NCBI GenBank assembly: GCA_020137815.1
Contig: CM035359.1
Span: 4,898,001 to 4,962,000, forward strand
Length of the DNA stretch: 64,000 bases
Direction: 5' to 3'
From: Hormiphora californensis
Lineage: Eukaryota; Animalia; Ctenophora
Positions 47,595-62,199 of the stretch are shown here, in pieces. Under the pieces are notes generated by a model that was given only the letters and a program-made list of their open reading frames with translations, did no database searches and was not told the origin of the DNA. The position numbers and the translations under genes are program-made. Within the stretch, counting starts at the first letter, position 1; every line of letters begins with the position of its first letter.

Positions 47595-50500
47595 CCCTCA
47601 GGTTTGCCGGTACTGGTAACGGACGGGATGAAGGGCTGGGAAACCGACCAATTCAACCTGCAATTCTTTGAAAAGCTATACTCGAACGTTACATTAGGTA
47701 TGCTAGCCTCCAATTTGTCTCGCTGTTCCTCATTCAACTGAAAGCTTTTGATTCTTGATTAAATTTTATTTCTGCAAAATCGTACTCTTATCTAATTCTA
47801 CTAATCATTTATTAGTTAATTATTGTCATTTTCAGCTCAGTTGGATGATTGCCAATTCTTTGGCTATAAAACCTCCTTTGAGAACCTGTTCGAGGTGTTC
47901 CAAATGCCAGAAGAGAGAGCATCATTCCAACCGGGTACAGAACCTTGGTATATCGGCTGGTAAGTAAAACACGTGTATAATAGTTTTGTTTGGTATTGTA
48001 TTGTGTGATTAGCCTTGTTCGATCCTGCCTCACTGCGCTTCACCCGGGCAGGAAAATATTTAAATGAGGGTGGTTAGAACATGACAATGATTTAGTTGCC
48101 ACACTACGTGCACACTTAAATGTGGGTCTTCGGTCGGTCGGAGACAGTGCAGTCTTTTGTGATACAAGTGATTAGTAGCATGTGTAGTAGCCATAATGAG
48201 CTGGGGGTTATTTGTTTGTTTGTGATTGCTGCGTCTGCCGTCTAATGAGCTGGGGGTTTCATACCACTAAAAACATGGTCATGTGCATTGTTTCCTTTCT
48301 CTCTCATTTTCCCAACAAATTAATTACAACTTGTTTCGTTCATCATACACAACTCAAGGTGTAAAACTGGATAAATAATCGACAGTGTATAACAGTGTGT
48401 GCAAATTGTTAAGTGTGTGTGTGTGTGTAGTTGCAGAGGGGACCTCGATCCAGCCCTACTATTAGATAGTGGTCCTTCTCCAATACGAATTGTTCCTCTC
48501 TTTAAAAGTTGGGTACCATCTAACGGCGGGCCGCGTCTTCAGCCGAGTTCATTTCAGCAACCACAACTTCATCAGAGTCCCTGGAGAAAGAATTGGGGTT
48601 AGGGAGAGTTTTAGTTAGGGTTGCAGTTGATTCGTTGAATGAAGAAAAGTTAGGTATCAGGAATATTTTAGGCTGCACGAGTGACAAAGGAATTTAGATG
48701 AGAACTGTCTGGAAAGATCATTTTTCCCAGAAAATGTTTACCTCATTTCGCGCGGTACGATCTTTCTTCATTTTTACCCTCCGTTGCCCCCTTCCCCAGC
48801 TGGATTGAGGGGGGGGTTGGGGAGGGGGGGGGGGGGGGGGTTTTTTTGGGGGGGGGGGTTTTTGTTGGGGGGGGGGGGGGGTTTTTTTTTTAAGGGGGGG
48901 TTTTGGGGTTTTTTTGGGGCGAGGTTCCCCAATTTATTTAAAAGAGGAAAAAGGGGAAAAATTGGGGGGAGAGGGGTTTGTTATTTAAAAAAAATTTTTT
49001 TGGGGTTTTTTTTTAAAAAAAAAAATTTTGGGTTTAAGGGGTTGAAAAGTAAGGGTTTTTGGTCCCTAAAAGGTTTAAAACCCTTGGGAAAAAGGGTTTA
49101 AAATTATGTGGGTTTAAAAAAAAGTGTTTATTTTTTGGTTTGTTTTTTTGGGGGTTTTTTTTTTTTTTTGTTTTTTTTTGGGGGGGGGGGGCTTTTTTTT
49201 TTTTTCGGTAATTTTTTTTTTTTTTAAAATTGTTTTGGGGTTTGATTTAATTTGCTTTATTGTTTTTTTTTTAAATTTTTTTTTTTTAAAATTTTTTTTT
49301 TGCCCCCCCCGTTGGGGAGAGGGTGGGGAAGTTAAAAAACAAAGGGAGGGGGGGAGGGGGGGGGAAAAAAAAAAGGGGGGGGGGAAAGGGAAAAAGGGGG
49401 AAAGAAATTTTAAAAAAGGGGGAGAAGAGGGGGAAGGAAAAAGGAAAAAAAACTTTGGGGGGGGGGTGGGTTTTCACCCTCAATTCCCCCTCTTGAACCC
49501 TTAAGGGGGGACGGGCCATTTATGGGGCATGGGAAATCAAAAAATTAAAAGGATCCTAGGGGTGGAAAGTCCCCCGGGAAAAAATTTTCTGGGTGTGGTG
49601 GGGAAAAAAATTTTTTTTTAAAAAGGGCCCCGGGGGGGTATTTGATTTTGAAAATGGGAAAAGGCAAAAACGTCAATTTTTTTTTCATCAATTTTTCCCC
49701 AAAAACCCTTTTTTTTTTAAATTTTTTCTTTTTCCCCCCCACCCCGGGGTTCCCCCCCGGGGGAAAAAAATTTAAACTTACCCCAATAAAATTTTAAGCC
49801 CCCCAAATCTTTTGAGATTAGTTAATTAAAAGGAAAAGTGTTTTTTCTTGGGGGGTTTTGTTTTGTTTTTTGTGGGCCCTGGAGGTGCAGGCTGGGGTTT
49901 TTTAAAACCTTTAAAAAGGGGGTGACCGGGGTTACAAAATTGGACTTTTATGTGGTCAAGACAAAGATCCCTTCAACCCTCTTTGTCTCTCTACTATAGT
50001 TTTTTTTTCCTCTCACAATCTCTTCTTCTTTTCTCTCACCATCTCTCTTTCTTCCCTCTGTCACCCTCCCCAGCCCCCTAGGTCCAGCCAAGCCCCAAAC
50101 GGGGAAATTCACCAAGATAAAAAAACCGCTGTTTGAGAGGGGGGAAAAGGAGGGGGGGGCAAGAGGGAGAGAGAGAGAGAGAGGAGAGGAGAGAAGGAGA
50201 AATAAGAGAGAGAAAGGAAAAAAGGGAGAGAGAATGAGAGAAAGAGAGAAAAAAACACTGTTGCACTGTTTCGCACTCAAAACCTCCCCGACTTTAAGGG
50301 GGGGAGGAAGGGGGGGGGCCAAGGGGATGGGGTGGGAAAAAAAGGGGAAAAAAATTGGTACCTTTGGTGATAATCCCCCGGGGAAAATATTTTACTAGGG
50401 TGACACGCCCAAAAAATATTTGCGTAACGGGCCACTTTTTTAAAAGTTTCTAACTAAGCCAAAAACGCAGGGCCCCCAATTTTTGGATTGTAAATAAAAG

Positions 50501-51169
50501 GGGGAAAACCTCTATTTTAAAAAATGTTTTAACCCCAACTCCTCCTGGGGTTTTTCTCCCTCTTTTTTTTCGGGCGGGGGGGGGGGGGGGGGGGTCGGGG
50601 GGCTTTGCGCTCCTGGTCTTTTGGTTGTTTTCTGGGCCCTGGTCCCCGCGGCCCCCTTAAAGTCCCCCCGGGCCCCTTTTTTCCCCTTTTCCCCCTTTTT
50701 CTTCCTTTTTCCCGATAAAAAGGGGATAAACCCTTAAAGAAATTTTGGGGGTTTTAAAAAGGGGCTTTGGGGGGGAAAAAAAAGAGGGGGGGGGAAAAAA
50801 GGGGGGGGGAAAAGGGGGGGAAAAGGGGGAAAAAGGGGGGGGGACCCTTTTAGGGAAAAAAAAGAAAAAAAAGAAGGAAGGGGGAAAACCCAAAAAGGAA
50901 AAAGGGGGGGGGTTAGAGGAGGGTCTGGGGGACTGTATAGTCGAACTCCTGGATACATTTAGGTTGAATAATACAAAATCGGGCAATAAGGTGAATCCTA
51001 GTCGTGTTCTGTCAACACTACTAACTGTACCAGAATCATATGGCACTGTTAGTGCAACTATTTCCCTGAAAAGCTAAACTATCGCTAAGTCTCAAGATCA
51101 CAAGCCGGTCGCCATGAAACCCGTATAATTTGAATAGGGGTGTATCATCTGAAGACAGTTTTATAGTAC

Positions 51170-51209
<40 letters not shown>

Positions 51210-53549
51210 GAAGAGAGAGAGATAGATCATTGATGCAGAGATAGATGATAGAGAGTCAGAAGAGATGAGGAGATGAGCTGACGAGAGAGTATAGAGAGAG
51301 AGAGAGAGAAGAGAGATAGAGAGAGGAAGAGAGAGAGGAGAGGGAGGAGAGCGAGCAGAGATGAGTCGAAGTAAATGTAGAGGAGACGCAAATAAGATTA
51401 GATGAGACGCTGTGGAGAGACGATAGGGAGTTGGTTTATAAGCTGAAGGTGAGGACAGATTAGAGAGACTATATTAGATAGATTAGACTCATAGAGGTTA
51501 AAGTTATATCGTAATCACTATACCGATCGTTTTTAATAAATATTTATTGGCGGCACTTTATTTTATTGACAGGTATTATCGCAATTTTACCGCGGGTCCT
51601 ACCGATATCTTTCATGCTTCTAAAATACAGACGATAGCGAGAGTGAGATAGAGAGAAAGTAAGAGAGACCGAGCGGCAGAATCTGCCTTTTGGTCTCTAT
51701 CTGGCAGACAGTCAATAGAGAGAAAGGTGGGGGTGAATTCTGCATCGCTTTGCAGCAGTTTTATAACTAGTTATTACCCAATAAATAAATAGTGAATGCC
51801 GAATAGTATAAGTTACCACTTTGCCTATCCGCTGCACCTCTTACATATTTTAATCTCATTTTAATTCAATTCAAATATTATAATGGTTACCATGGTATGC
51901 CATGAATTATATAACTGATTTAGGCAAATATTTTTTCCTGGCAAAATAGTCAGTACATGTAACATAAAGAGAAAGAATGTACAAGTAGAGAATTAGTTTC
52001 GTGACCCAATATTTTTTAAATCGGATGGTTTTAATTTATCTACTGAAAAGCCCAAGTTTAGAAAGTATGTAAAAGTGAAATTCCAAATGTACGGCTAAAG
52101 GAGAACTAAAGAGCGAGTGTGAGAGAGCTACACACACACATAATGGAGAGGTTGGAAACTTAGCAGTTATAGCACGTGGAGCAGGTCGATTAAATCCGTC
52201 GGAATATGGTCGGGAGAAAGGCTACAATTGTCTGTATACGTGAATTATTAGGTATGTAAACCATGCATTTGTCTCTGAGCCAAAAGTAATGAACGAACTA
52301 AAGAAATGGATTTTTTTTTTTTTCACACATACTCAAAGATTTGCCAACTCGATAGTAATGTTTATCATACACTATTCATTTTTATAACCGCCTCTCTATT
52401 CTATCGGCTCCGAGAGATTTAGTTAAGAGTCGGAGTATAAACGTAAAAAAGAGATCATCGGAGCAAACCCATCTTTCTGTCCTTTAGGGGTCGAATTTGA
52501 TTGGCGTGAGTGTTTCCAGGGAGCTGAGGAAGCATTATACGGTCCCGTACTTTTATCTTCTTCAGAAAAATCATGGAGGGACGCAGGATAGATTGGGATG
52601 TTTTATTGGTCACCAGGTATACCGAGCAGCGGGTTGCACCCCTACATGTACAGATTGTTTACATTTCTACTAGGCGAGAGAGTAATAGTAAGATTGTTTT
52701 CTCTCTTTAACTATTGGCGGGGTGTAGAGTGGTACTTGTTTTACTAGGGAGAGGAAAATGTACTGAGTTTTACTTTTTTATTAATAATCAAGAAGAGAGA
52801 AATGTAAAGATTCGTTCTTTATGTGGGACTAGGAGTAGAGAGGAACAATGTAAATGAGATGTGTATACTTTTTACACTAGGGAAGAGGAAAGTACAGATT
52901 TGTTACTTCTTTACTATGGGAGAGCGAAGTGAGTAATAACAATTGTTTCTTTAAACACAGATAGATTGAAGTGTCCTAACATCCACATGGGCAGGCCCAG
53001 GTTAGGGGCAGGAAAAAGTGGACATTTACCCCTCCCCCGGAATGTTGGTATGAGTGTTCCTCTTCCCACAGTATCGTCGTGGAACCAAACAACATCTGTG
53101 AGTGTTACAATTCTCGGTTTTTTATCATACAGTTTTAGTTTTATTGCGATAAAAGTGGTTGTATTTTGTTTTGTTCAATCCTTTTTTTGTTTCCGGGGCA
53201 CGGAGAGAAAGGGTCGAGCAATAAGGCAAGGTTATATTATTTTTTATTTAAGTGTATCAAATATATCAAGTGCATCTACTCAACTCTTAGTTATACGTTT
53301 TACTACTATTAGCAGGGAAGGATATAATATTAACGGCATCCCTTGTACCTCCGGGAGATCTGTTAGCCTATCTTTTACTGTACCCCTTGGAGACATTAGG
53401 AAACATTTATATTTAATGATTTAAATCAAATCTGATTATTAATTTAATGAATCATTATTTCAGTTGTTTTCGATAGCAACCGGTGGTTTCATTCAACAGA
53501 AGTGCTACCCGGGGAATACAGTCTGACAATTGGTGCAGAGTACGATTAG
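46197..53549 (+). CDS. C6orf89/BRAP-like protein (cupin/JmjC-like fold, N-terminal TM). Clear exons 47602-47697, 47836-47959, 53464-53549; degraded exon ~52488-52617; upstream exons ~46197-46982; some exons lost in bad sequence
   Basis: Motifs CLVPFPERFIDMFRP, GLPVLVTDGMKGW..FNLQFFEKLY, CQFFGYKTSF..PWYIGW, ELRKHYTVPYF, VFDSNRWFHSTEVLPGEYSLTIGAEYD* recalled from invertebrate C6orf89-like proteins. Confidence 0.7.
48780..51500. other. Low-quality assembly segment (homopolymer-inflated read ends)
   Basis: Unstructured long G/T/A/C runs and corrupted (GA)n; nearby exon at ~52500 also carries indels. Confidence 0.8.
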
Positions 53550-55059
53550 ATAATCTGATCAAGATGGGAACAGTATGACTAGGTGTGGGCACTGGGTCTA
53601 CTATTCAGTTCGATTAGATCAGGACTGGGACCTCCCCTTTTTCTCTGAGGATGACGAAGTGGTGAAAGTGAACTTTATTTTCCTATTTATTTTCCTTAAT
53701 TCAGTAATTGTTATAATATTTTCTTGACCACTCTAATATTTCCCCACGGGGAACCCGAAACATAATTTTAAGGAAAAAAGACTAAAGTTTAGTTGTGCGT
53801 GTGTGGTTATTCGATAGATCTTTGTCTACCAGAATTGTATATTTTAGTTTCAATTATTTCTTTGGCATTCAAAAAATAGTTGAAGTCGTTGATTCTAAAA
53901 TTTGCCGCATCTGTCTTGGCTCTCTCAAAGTAATTCTGCTTCCTCTCTCTCTTGTACATATAGTACTCCCTCCCAATTCTCTCTATTATATCTCTATTAT
54001 CTCTCTTCTTCCCCATCGAAGACAAATATTGAGTAATGAGACGGATCTAGTTACGCAGCGGTTTCGAGAACCTACACACTCCACACTGTGGCTGAGAATT
54101 GTTCTAGAAGGACGTTCTAGAACTATGTGTATTGTGTATGCACCCCCTCTCCAACCCATCAGTCAGTCACAGCTCTTTTATCTTTACCTACTCAAATTGG
54201 TCACAATCCTTTATATGTAAACTACACACACCAGTATAGGGACATCTGCAGGGTGAAACAGTGCAAAGCAGCCACTAGACATTGTTAGGTGTGAATCAGG
54301 TCATCATACAGTCCCCGTGTCATGGCCCATGGGTTATGAATGCTCCTTCATTATTATTAATTTCGCTCCAATAAAGAGACAGCTGTTTACTTTTGTACCG
54401 CGCGATATTCAACGCGCACAGAGCTGTAAAAAGTAGCGCGCGGGTAGTTGTCAGCACTTTTAGTCACGTGACATGTGTGTCCTATCCGCAGTTTGTCTTT
54501 CGCGCGATGAATCTCCGACAGACAGAAGTTGTCTGTTCGATGGACAGCCGACAGTGTAGACCGTCAACCCAGTCGAAACTTATCTGAGTCCTTTGAACCA
54601 CTTCTTGGGGCATGTTTCCAGTATCAATTATCAAACCAGACCTAATCGCCATCCGAAGGAATTGGAGAAAGTAGAAACCCTGATATGACAAAGTTTAACG
54701 AATTGAATAGGTTTACAATTAACTTTCTCTACTTGTTATAAGTTAATCAACTTTCTCTACTTGTAATAAGTTAATTAACAAGAAGTGAATAAGTTAGGTA
54801 TTAGTTAATTAAATTAATAACTGCCAATTGGAGGCACAACACGTTGAAAAATATATCTCTCGCTTTTCAAGAAACTCAAAGCCTACTTAATGACTCCGCT
54901 CGCACTTATTGTAATAAGTTAGTAATAAGTTAATTAAATTATTTAAATAGGGTTGAAAAATTAATTAAATAATGATAGGTCAAATACAAAGTCTTTCTCT
55001 TTTACATGATACAGTTTTTAAAGTCCTATATTGTCCAAATAGGGCACCGACGAGTCAAC

Positions 55060-57822
55060 ATTTCCAAGCTAGTTTGAGAGGTCGTGAGAGAACCAGCATG
55101 TCGTCCCAAACTGACAGGCACCACCCTGGGTGATATTCCTGCACGGTATCAGCTTCCTAATCTGCTTTTTCTCGTCCAGAAACCGCTGACCATACCTCTC
55201 CAAGTCACCAGCCATCTGAGGGGGACAGTTGGTTAGTATTAGAACAGTTGGGGATCGAGTGATGTGTCCTAAGCACAGAGAGGTTGACTAAAATATGTTT
55301 CTAAGAGGGTTGGTAGAACACGGGATTAGTATACTTGAAAGTGACTGGGAGGGGGGACAGTGGGTTAGTATTAGAATACTTGGGGACTGGGAGGGATGTG
55401 TCCTAAATAGAGGTAGAACACGGGACATCCGATGATATTTCATCCCCACAAGCCGGGTTTCTAGCTAAGAGATCTAAGTATCAAGACCCCCCTCCCCGAC
55501 CTCCAAAATCAAACGTACCCCAATGAAGTGAGATAGGGAGTCAGAGTCAAGGGTAAAGGTGGGGTTGTGATTATCCAAGTAGACCATCCTTTTCTTCTTT
55601 CTTTGATCAGATCCGGCAGTGGTGGTTCCAGTGGTGGTTCCATCACAGCTGTACCCACTATCAGAGGATGAAGAGGTGACATCATCCCCACCTCGCGCTG
55701 GGGCTGCACCCAAACTGGGAGGGGGTGGAGGTATGTTAGTGATGGGGGGGGGGGGGGGCAAACTGGGGTAGAGAGAAGGGGGTATTAGGAATAGTAGGGG
55801 GTGTTAAAAGGGGGAGAGTGGAGATTGTACTATGAAATCCAAACTGGGAGAGAGATGGATAGAATGACATTAGGAATCGACGAGTGGGGGATATTAGGCT
55901 AGTTACCAACTCCCAGTACCCAAAACTCACCAGTCATCACAAGCACACTGGGTGCTGTAGCTGTGGTACATGACATCAGAAGAGAAGGGAGGACCATAAG
56001 TTGCTGATGGGTAGGGGTGTTGTTTTGGAGTTGAGTATCCACTTTGGGTTGGGGTGTAGGGAGTGTTGCTTTGAGTCGGGGTGTAGGGAGTGTTGCTCTG
56101 TGTTGGGGTGTAGGGAGTGTTGCTTTGGGTTGGGGTATATAAGGGAGTGTTGCTTTGGGTTGGGGTGTAGCAAGGGGCACTCTGAGCTGTGTAGCTTTGT
56201 TGAGGGTGGGTAGGTGTGCTGGGAGCCACTGTAGGATAACAGTGCTGCTGTTGGACCTGAGAGAGAGATAGAGAGAGATATCAGATTCTGGGTGAATTTC
56301 TGATTAGGAGCAAAGAAGTATGGATTTGAAACGTCGCCACTCAATGAGATTTCCACTAACTAACTAAGTTAATTAACTTTAATTCTCCCACTAATTAACT
56401 TACCCCGTTATGCTGCTGTGAGGGAGAACTCATATCTGGAGGATTAGCTGTGAATGGCTGGGGTAGAGTGTAGTAATACACAGGCAGAGCGTTCGAGAGG
56501 TTATCCATCGAAAAACAAGACATCGGTTTCGTCAGATCTGAGAAATGGAGAGTGGAGGGGTTTATCAAGATAATAGGGGATGAGAAAGATAGATATAGAA
56601 AAAACAGAAATGGACAGCTCCCATAGAAAATAGAGATAGAGATAGAGATAGAGAGAGAGAGAGGGAGAGAGAGAGAGAGAGATACAGAGACAGAATGATA
56701 AATATATTATTATTCCCACCTTGTTGTTGTTGTTGTCCAGGGATGACTCCGCCAGGAGGGGAGACAGGTGACACGCCAGGCAGGAAGGGAGGGAAGAAGT
56801 AGAGATTGGGATCTGGGAAGGCAGGGAATGGAGGGAGAACTGGTATCTGTTGCTGTTGTTGTTGCACTTTTACCTGGTGAAAAGGGGGGAGGGTGTTAGT
56901 TATTTTGAGGGGGGGGGGGGGTGATTTTTAGTTATTTTGAGGGGGGGGGGGTGATTTTTTAGTTATTGGGGGGAGGGGGGGGGGGGCCGTTGGTGGAGGG
57001 GTTATTTATAAGAGGGAGAGTGGAGGGGTGTAGAGAAATCCACCTTTAAAAAAGAAAGCGTGTGTTGACTGTTGAGTGTTGATACACACACAAACACTGT
57101 TAAAAGCGCTCCCTAAATTCACAGAGTGTATGATAACAGCGCACGAGACACATAGGCGCCCCTACTAAAAATTTTAGTAAAATAAAAGTTGTCGAAAAAA
57201 TTATTTAACAAAGGTAAATCTGAACCAGTAGCGGTGCTGTTGTTCCGTTCGATCCTCTCTCAAAATTAGGGCTAAATTGTGTTGTGTACCTGTTGTTGTT
57301 GGTTTTTGTTGTTATTTCTGTTGCTATCTTTAACATAGACAAGAACACTGGGACCACCCTTGGCGAACACTTGCTTCTTCTTCTTCTATTGGAGAGAGAT
57401 GTTGGGTTAATGAGTGAGATATATGCTATATGATATGGGGTTAATGGGAGAGAGAGAGATGTTGGGTTAGAGAGGGGGAGAGAGATGTGGAGATATATGC
57501 TATGGGGTTAATGGGAGAGAGATGTGGGGTTAGAGAAACATGGAGAGAGATATATGCTATATGATATGGGGTTAATGGGAGAGAGATGTGGGGGAGAGAG
57601 GGAGAGAGATGTGGGGTTAATGGGGTTAACGAGAGAGATGTTGGGTTAGGGAGGGGGGGGGGGAGAGAGATATATGCTATATGATATGGGGTTAATGAGA
57701 GAGATGTTGGGTTAGGGAGGGGGGGGGGGGTAAACTGGACGAATGGAAAAGGCTCAATTCTGCACATTACTAAACCTAAAGAGTTGCACAGTTACCTGGT
57801 CTTTCCTTCTGTTCCTGAACAT
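55060..57822 (-). CDS. Multi-exon Pro/Gln/Thr-rich protein of unknown function (ends approximate)
   Basis: Exon-like segments with GT-AG borders: MFRNRRKDQ | KKKKQVFAKGGPSVLVYVKD.. | VQQQQQQIPVLPPFPAFPDPNLYFFPPF.. | PTQSNTPYT repeats | SSSDSGYSCDG; no recognisable domain. Confidence 0.5.
57400..57730. repeat. Degenerate purine-rich intronic minisatellite
   Basis: Repeated gagagatatatgctatatgatatggggttaatg units. Confidence 0.8.
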
Positions 57823-58102
57823 GAAACGATCGTCACTCACTTGTTGCATTTTATCAATAACTGTAGAGAGAGATAGAGAGAAAAAGATATCATGATACTG
57901 TTATTATGGATTACCGTACCCCCATGGGGCCACCCCGCACCCGGGTGCACCCCCACCCTATAAATCACACAGTGGGAAAGAAGTGGTTGATTTGCTAGTT
58001 GTCTAAACAAGACAGTCAAAATACACCGTAACAATAATTGGCTATCAATATTCAATCATCTCCCTCTCTCTCCTCCTCTTTCTGTCTTACTCTCATTCTC
58101 TT

Positions 58103-58141
<39 letters not shown>

Positions 58142-58305
58142 TACTCTCTTTCTCTTTCTCTTTCTGTCTTTCTCTCTGAGACAGGGTCTTCTTACCTCTG
58201 AAGAACACGAAACACAAAAAACAAAACACACGGATTTGAGAGAGGGCAAATGTGAAATGAACGAGAGAGGGATCGGGAGGTGCTCGCGCGTGACAGACCT
58301 CCCCC

Positions 58306-58378
58306 CACGTGACTTAGGATGCAGCCACCCGATTGGTTGATAGAGCACGTGACCATAAATGCAGCAATTTGATTGGCT
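58306..58378 (-). promoter_or_regulatory. Candidate promoter: two CACGTG E-boxes and two CCAAT boxes
   Basis: cacgtgac and gattgg each occur twice in ~75 bp, ~500 bp upstream of the Pro-rich gene. Confidence 0.4.
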
Positions 58379-58390
58379 GAGCCGGACAGA

Positions 58391-58709
<319 letters not shown>

Positions 58710-59601
58710 CTTAGTAGCAAGGCGAGTGTTAAAACTTTATCAAAGAGTGGGTGGGGACGAAAAGATAAGAACAAGCGATCCTGAGTACCGATACTGAGTA
58801 CCGATAAGAAAAGTTAAAACTCTGGTGCTGGTGAACAGAGAGAGAAAAGATAAGTGAGAGAGGGCAGGGGCTTATCTCTGACACACCCTGCCTCGTGTCA
58901 GGCTGTTGCAGCATCTGTTACTACTTTCACTTTCACCTTATTATTATACATGACCATTATTTAAAGTGAAAGTAAATCGGGTGTCCGATAATTCAATCAC
59001 CCCAATCACCAATGGCTGGGTGTCCCTCCATTTCTTCATGAGTTGTGTGGCCCACCTTCAAAACCTGTCTGGCTGCACCAGATTACCAGACCCCGTTTTG
59101 ATCGGTCTGGCGCACTATCCCCTCAATTTGAGAATCAAATCAGTCACTGTGTCACCGCCAGATGCATGTTTTGATTGTTTGGCGCCGCCACACAGAAGTA
59201 GGGGGTGATTTTACTTTTCCATTCCAGCCGCCAGATACAAAGTAATAATTGGTCATATAAAGGGGGTGGTAGAAAATAAAGCTTAAAGTGAGATAATACA
59301 AAACCACAGCAAAATAACGGACCTGATTGACTCAGTCAGTACATGTACTTGAACACACATATATCTCTCAACTGCAATAAAACTTAAATAGCTAACTCGT
59401 CAAGGCAACACATCTTGAGAAATCATACAGTTACACATATATCATCGTATAATCATTGAAATCAAATATATTACTAACCACTTTAGTCCGGCCCCAACTA
59501 ATAAACAATAGTCCCAACTAATAGTCCTAGATTACCCCTCAACAAGTTGAAATTCAGAAAGGTGTCTATCACCAGAAACCCAATCTCCACTAGGTCCCCA
59601 A

Positions 59602-60123
59602 CTATCCAACAACAGGCTGTACCACCTTACCCCAGTACTCCCACAGTCCATGTTCATCAACCGCCTGGTGCAGGTACCTCCACCACAGAGCCACAATGTC
59701 CATTACACCGTGGAGGGGTCCGTTAAAATTCCGGAGGGTCTCCTTGGAGGGTCGGTCTGCAGGATTCCACTCCCAGGGGCGGGGTTCAAGACCATGACCA
59801 GCAAAGTGGAAGCAGCGCATGGGAAAGTATCGTTCTCGTCGGACGTTGTAACTAGGGGGGAGGGAGGGTTAGTGGGGAGGGAGGGTTAGTTACTGCAAAA
59901 GGGGAGTTGAAGTGGGGTGCGGGGTTGGGTTAGATAATTTTCGGACATCCTGCACCACCCTGCACTGACCTGTATGGGAGGGGTATCCAGTTATCCTGCA
60001 TTGCAAAGTAGTACCATAGCAACCGTTGGTCGTCAGGGCAGGAACCCGTATCAAGGGTAGACTTCTTCCAAAACTCCATCAGGGACTGGAACTCTAATAG
60101 ATTTGGTACCACCCCTATCAAAC
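59602..60123 (-). CDS. Glycosyltransferase family 8 (glycogenin-like) protein, last two exons 60123-59970 and 59851-59602; 5' exons unresolved
   Basis: GLIGVVP...DDQRLLWYYF...WIPLPYSYNV...FHFAG..EPRPW parallels GT8 motifs (NSG, DQ, LP..YN, HF.G..KPW). Confidence 0.65.
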
Positions 60124-60967
60124 CTGAATAGTGGTATTAATTAGTCATAATTTAATCTAACAAAGTAATGTAACCCCCAATAAAAAGATAAAGTAACCCT
60201 AATCGATAAGTGTGAGACTATCCGTAATGTATACTATCGTGATCCCCCTCATATGTTAGAACCGTGATTTCCGTAAGCAGGTTAACATGGACATATTCCA
60301 GGGAGAGTAATGCGTATTTTGCAGAGGGTGTACATCAAAAAGATATCAATGTGATGGGAGACAGGCAAGGAAAAACATAGAAACAGACCCCTCGTTTGGA
60401 TCGGTAGCATGGGCCGGCCCAGGTGCATTTATGGGGGACCCAAATAGGACATACTAGAAACTTATATTAGTTGAAAAAGATATACATTTGTCAGGAATGT
60501 TATAGTCTTGCCTACAATTGTTACTAAAACTCTGCGTTTTGAAGCAGGATCAATTCCAGGTTGTATGAGCAGTAATGTGGCCGTTATGCCAGGGTGTTAT
60601 CTCTGAATCAAAAAGATCTTGCCCAAGCGCATTGATAAGTCCAATTAAGTCGAGGTAAATCACCTACCGTTGGGTTAGAAATCCTGGTCACGCCACGGCC
60701 CTCTTGAATTAAAACCGGACCACATCCTTAGTAAACTGGTACCTCACAACTTGAAAGTTTTAAAAATCGCAGTTTCTTGAAAGTTATGGTCCCCACACCT
60801 TCTGTTTAAATAAAAATCGTCTACCATCTTGAAAGTTTGGTCATCTCAATTGAAATGCAAACGGTCCCCCACTGACTCCGAAGCATAACTTGTACCAATC
60901 TCTTGAAGTTAAAAACGGTCCTCCACCACTCCTTGAAATTAATAATGGGCCAATTAAGTTCTAGTTA

Positions 60968-62120
60968 CCACCTCCTTGGAAGTTAAAACTCGGTCACCCC
61001 ACCACCTCCTTGAAAGTTAAAACTCGGTCACCCCACCACCTCCTTGAATGTTAAAACTCGGTCACCTCACCACCTCCTTGAAAGTTAAAACTCGGTCACT
61101 CCACCACCTCCTTGAAAGTTAAAACTCGGTCACTCCACCACCTCCTTGAAAGTTAAAACTCGGTCACTCCACCACCTCCTTGAAAGTTAAAACTCGGTCA
61201 CCTCACCACCTCCTTGAAAGTTAAAACTCGGTCACCCCACCACCTCCTTGAAAGTTAAAACTCGGTCACCCCACCACCTCCTTGAAAGTTAAAACTCGGT
61301 CACTCCACCACCTCCTTGAAAGTTAAAACTCGGTCACCCCACCACCTCCTTGAAAGTTAAAACTCAGTCACCCCACCACCTCCTTGAAAGTTAAAACTCG
61401 GTCACTCCACCACCTCCTTGAAAGTTAAAACTCGGTCACCTCACCACCTCCTTGAAAGTTAAAACTCAGTCACCCCACCACCTCCTTGAAAGTTAAAACT
61501 CGGTCACCTCACCACCTCCTTGAAAGTTAAAACTCGGTCACTCCACCACCTCCTTGAAAGTTAAAACTCGGTCACCCCACCACCTCCTTGAAAGTTAAAA
61601 CTCGGTCACTCCACCACCTCCTTGAAAGTTAAAACTCGGTCACCTCACCACCTCCTTGAAAGTTAAAACTCGGTCACCCCACCACCTCCTTGAAAGTTAA
61701 AACTCGGTCACCCCACCACCTCCTTGAAAGTTAAAACTCGGTCACTCCACCACCTCCTTGAAAGTTAAAACTCGGTCACCCCACCACCTCCTTGAAAGTT
61801 AAAACTCAGTCACCCCACCACCTCCTTGAAAGTTAAAACTCGGTCACCCCACCACCTCCTTGAAAGTTAAAACTCGGTCACCCCACCACCTCCTTGAAAG
61901 TTAAAACTCGGTCACCCCACCACCTCCTTGAAAGTTAAAACTCGGTCACTCCACCACCTCCTTGAAAGTTAAAACTCAGTCACCCCACCACCTCCTTGAA
62001 AGTTAAAACTCGGTCACCCCACCACCTCCTTGAAAGTTAAAACTCGGTCACCCCACCACCTCCTTGAAAGTTAAAACTCGGTCACCCCACCACCTCCTTG
62101 AAAGTTAAAACTCGGTCACC
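60968..62120. repeat. 34-bp satellite, ~34 copies (accacctccttgaaagttaaaactcggtcacccc)
   Basis: Head-to-tail near-identical units with no spacers. Confidence 0.97.
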
Positions 62121-62199
62121 TCCTGGACAGTCCGCCACTCACGATGAACGTACATCACATGCCACCGATTCAAAGTTACCACCTCCTCCTTCATTGCAA

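Noticed and set aside
48780-51100. G-run-rich region as a G-quadruplex/telomeric locus, and its Phe/Lys/Gly ORFs
   Set aside because: Pattern of homopolymer-inflated low-quality reads with no periodicity
60968-62120. Possible CRISPR array (34-bp repeat)
   Set aside because: Units are head-to-tail with no unique spacers, there are no cas genes, and the context is eukaryotic
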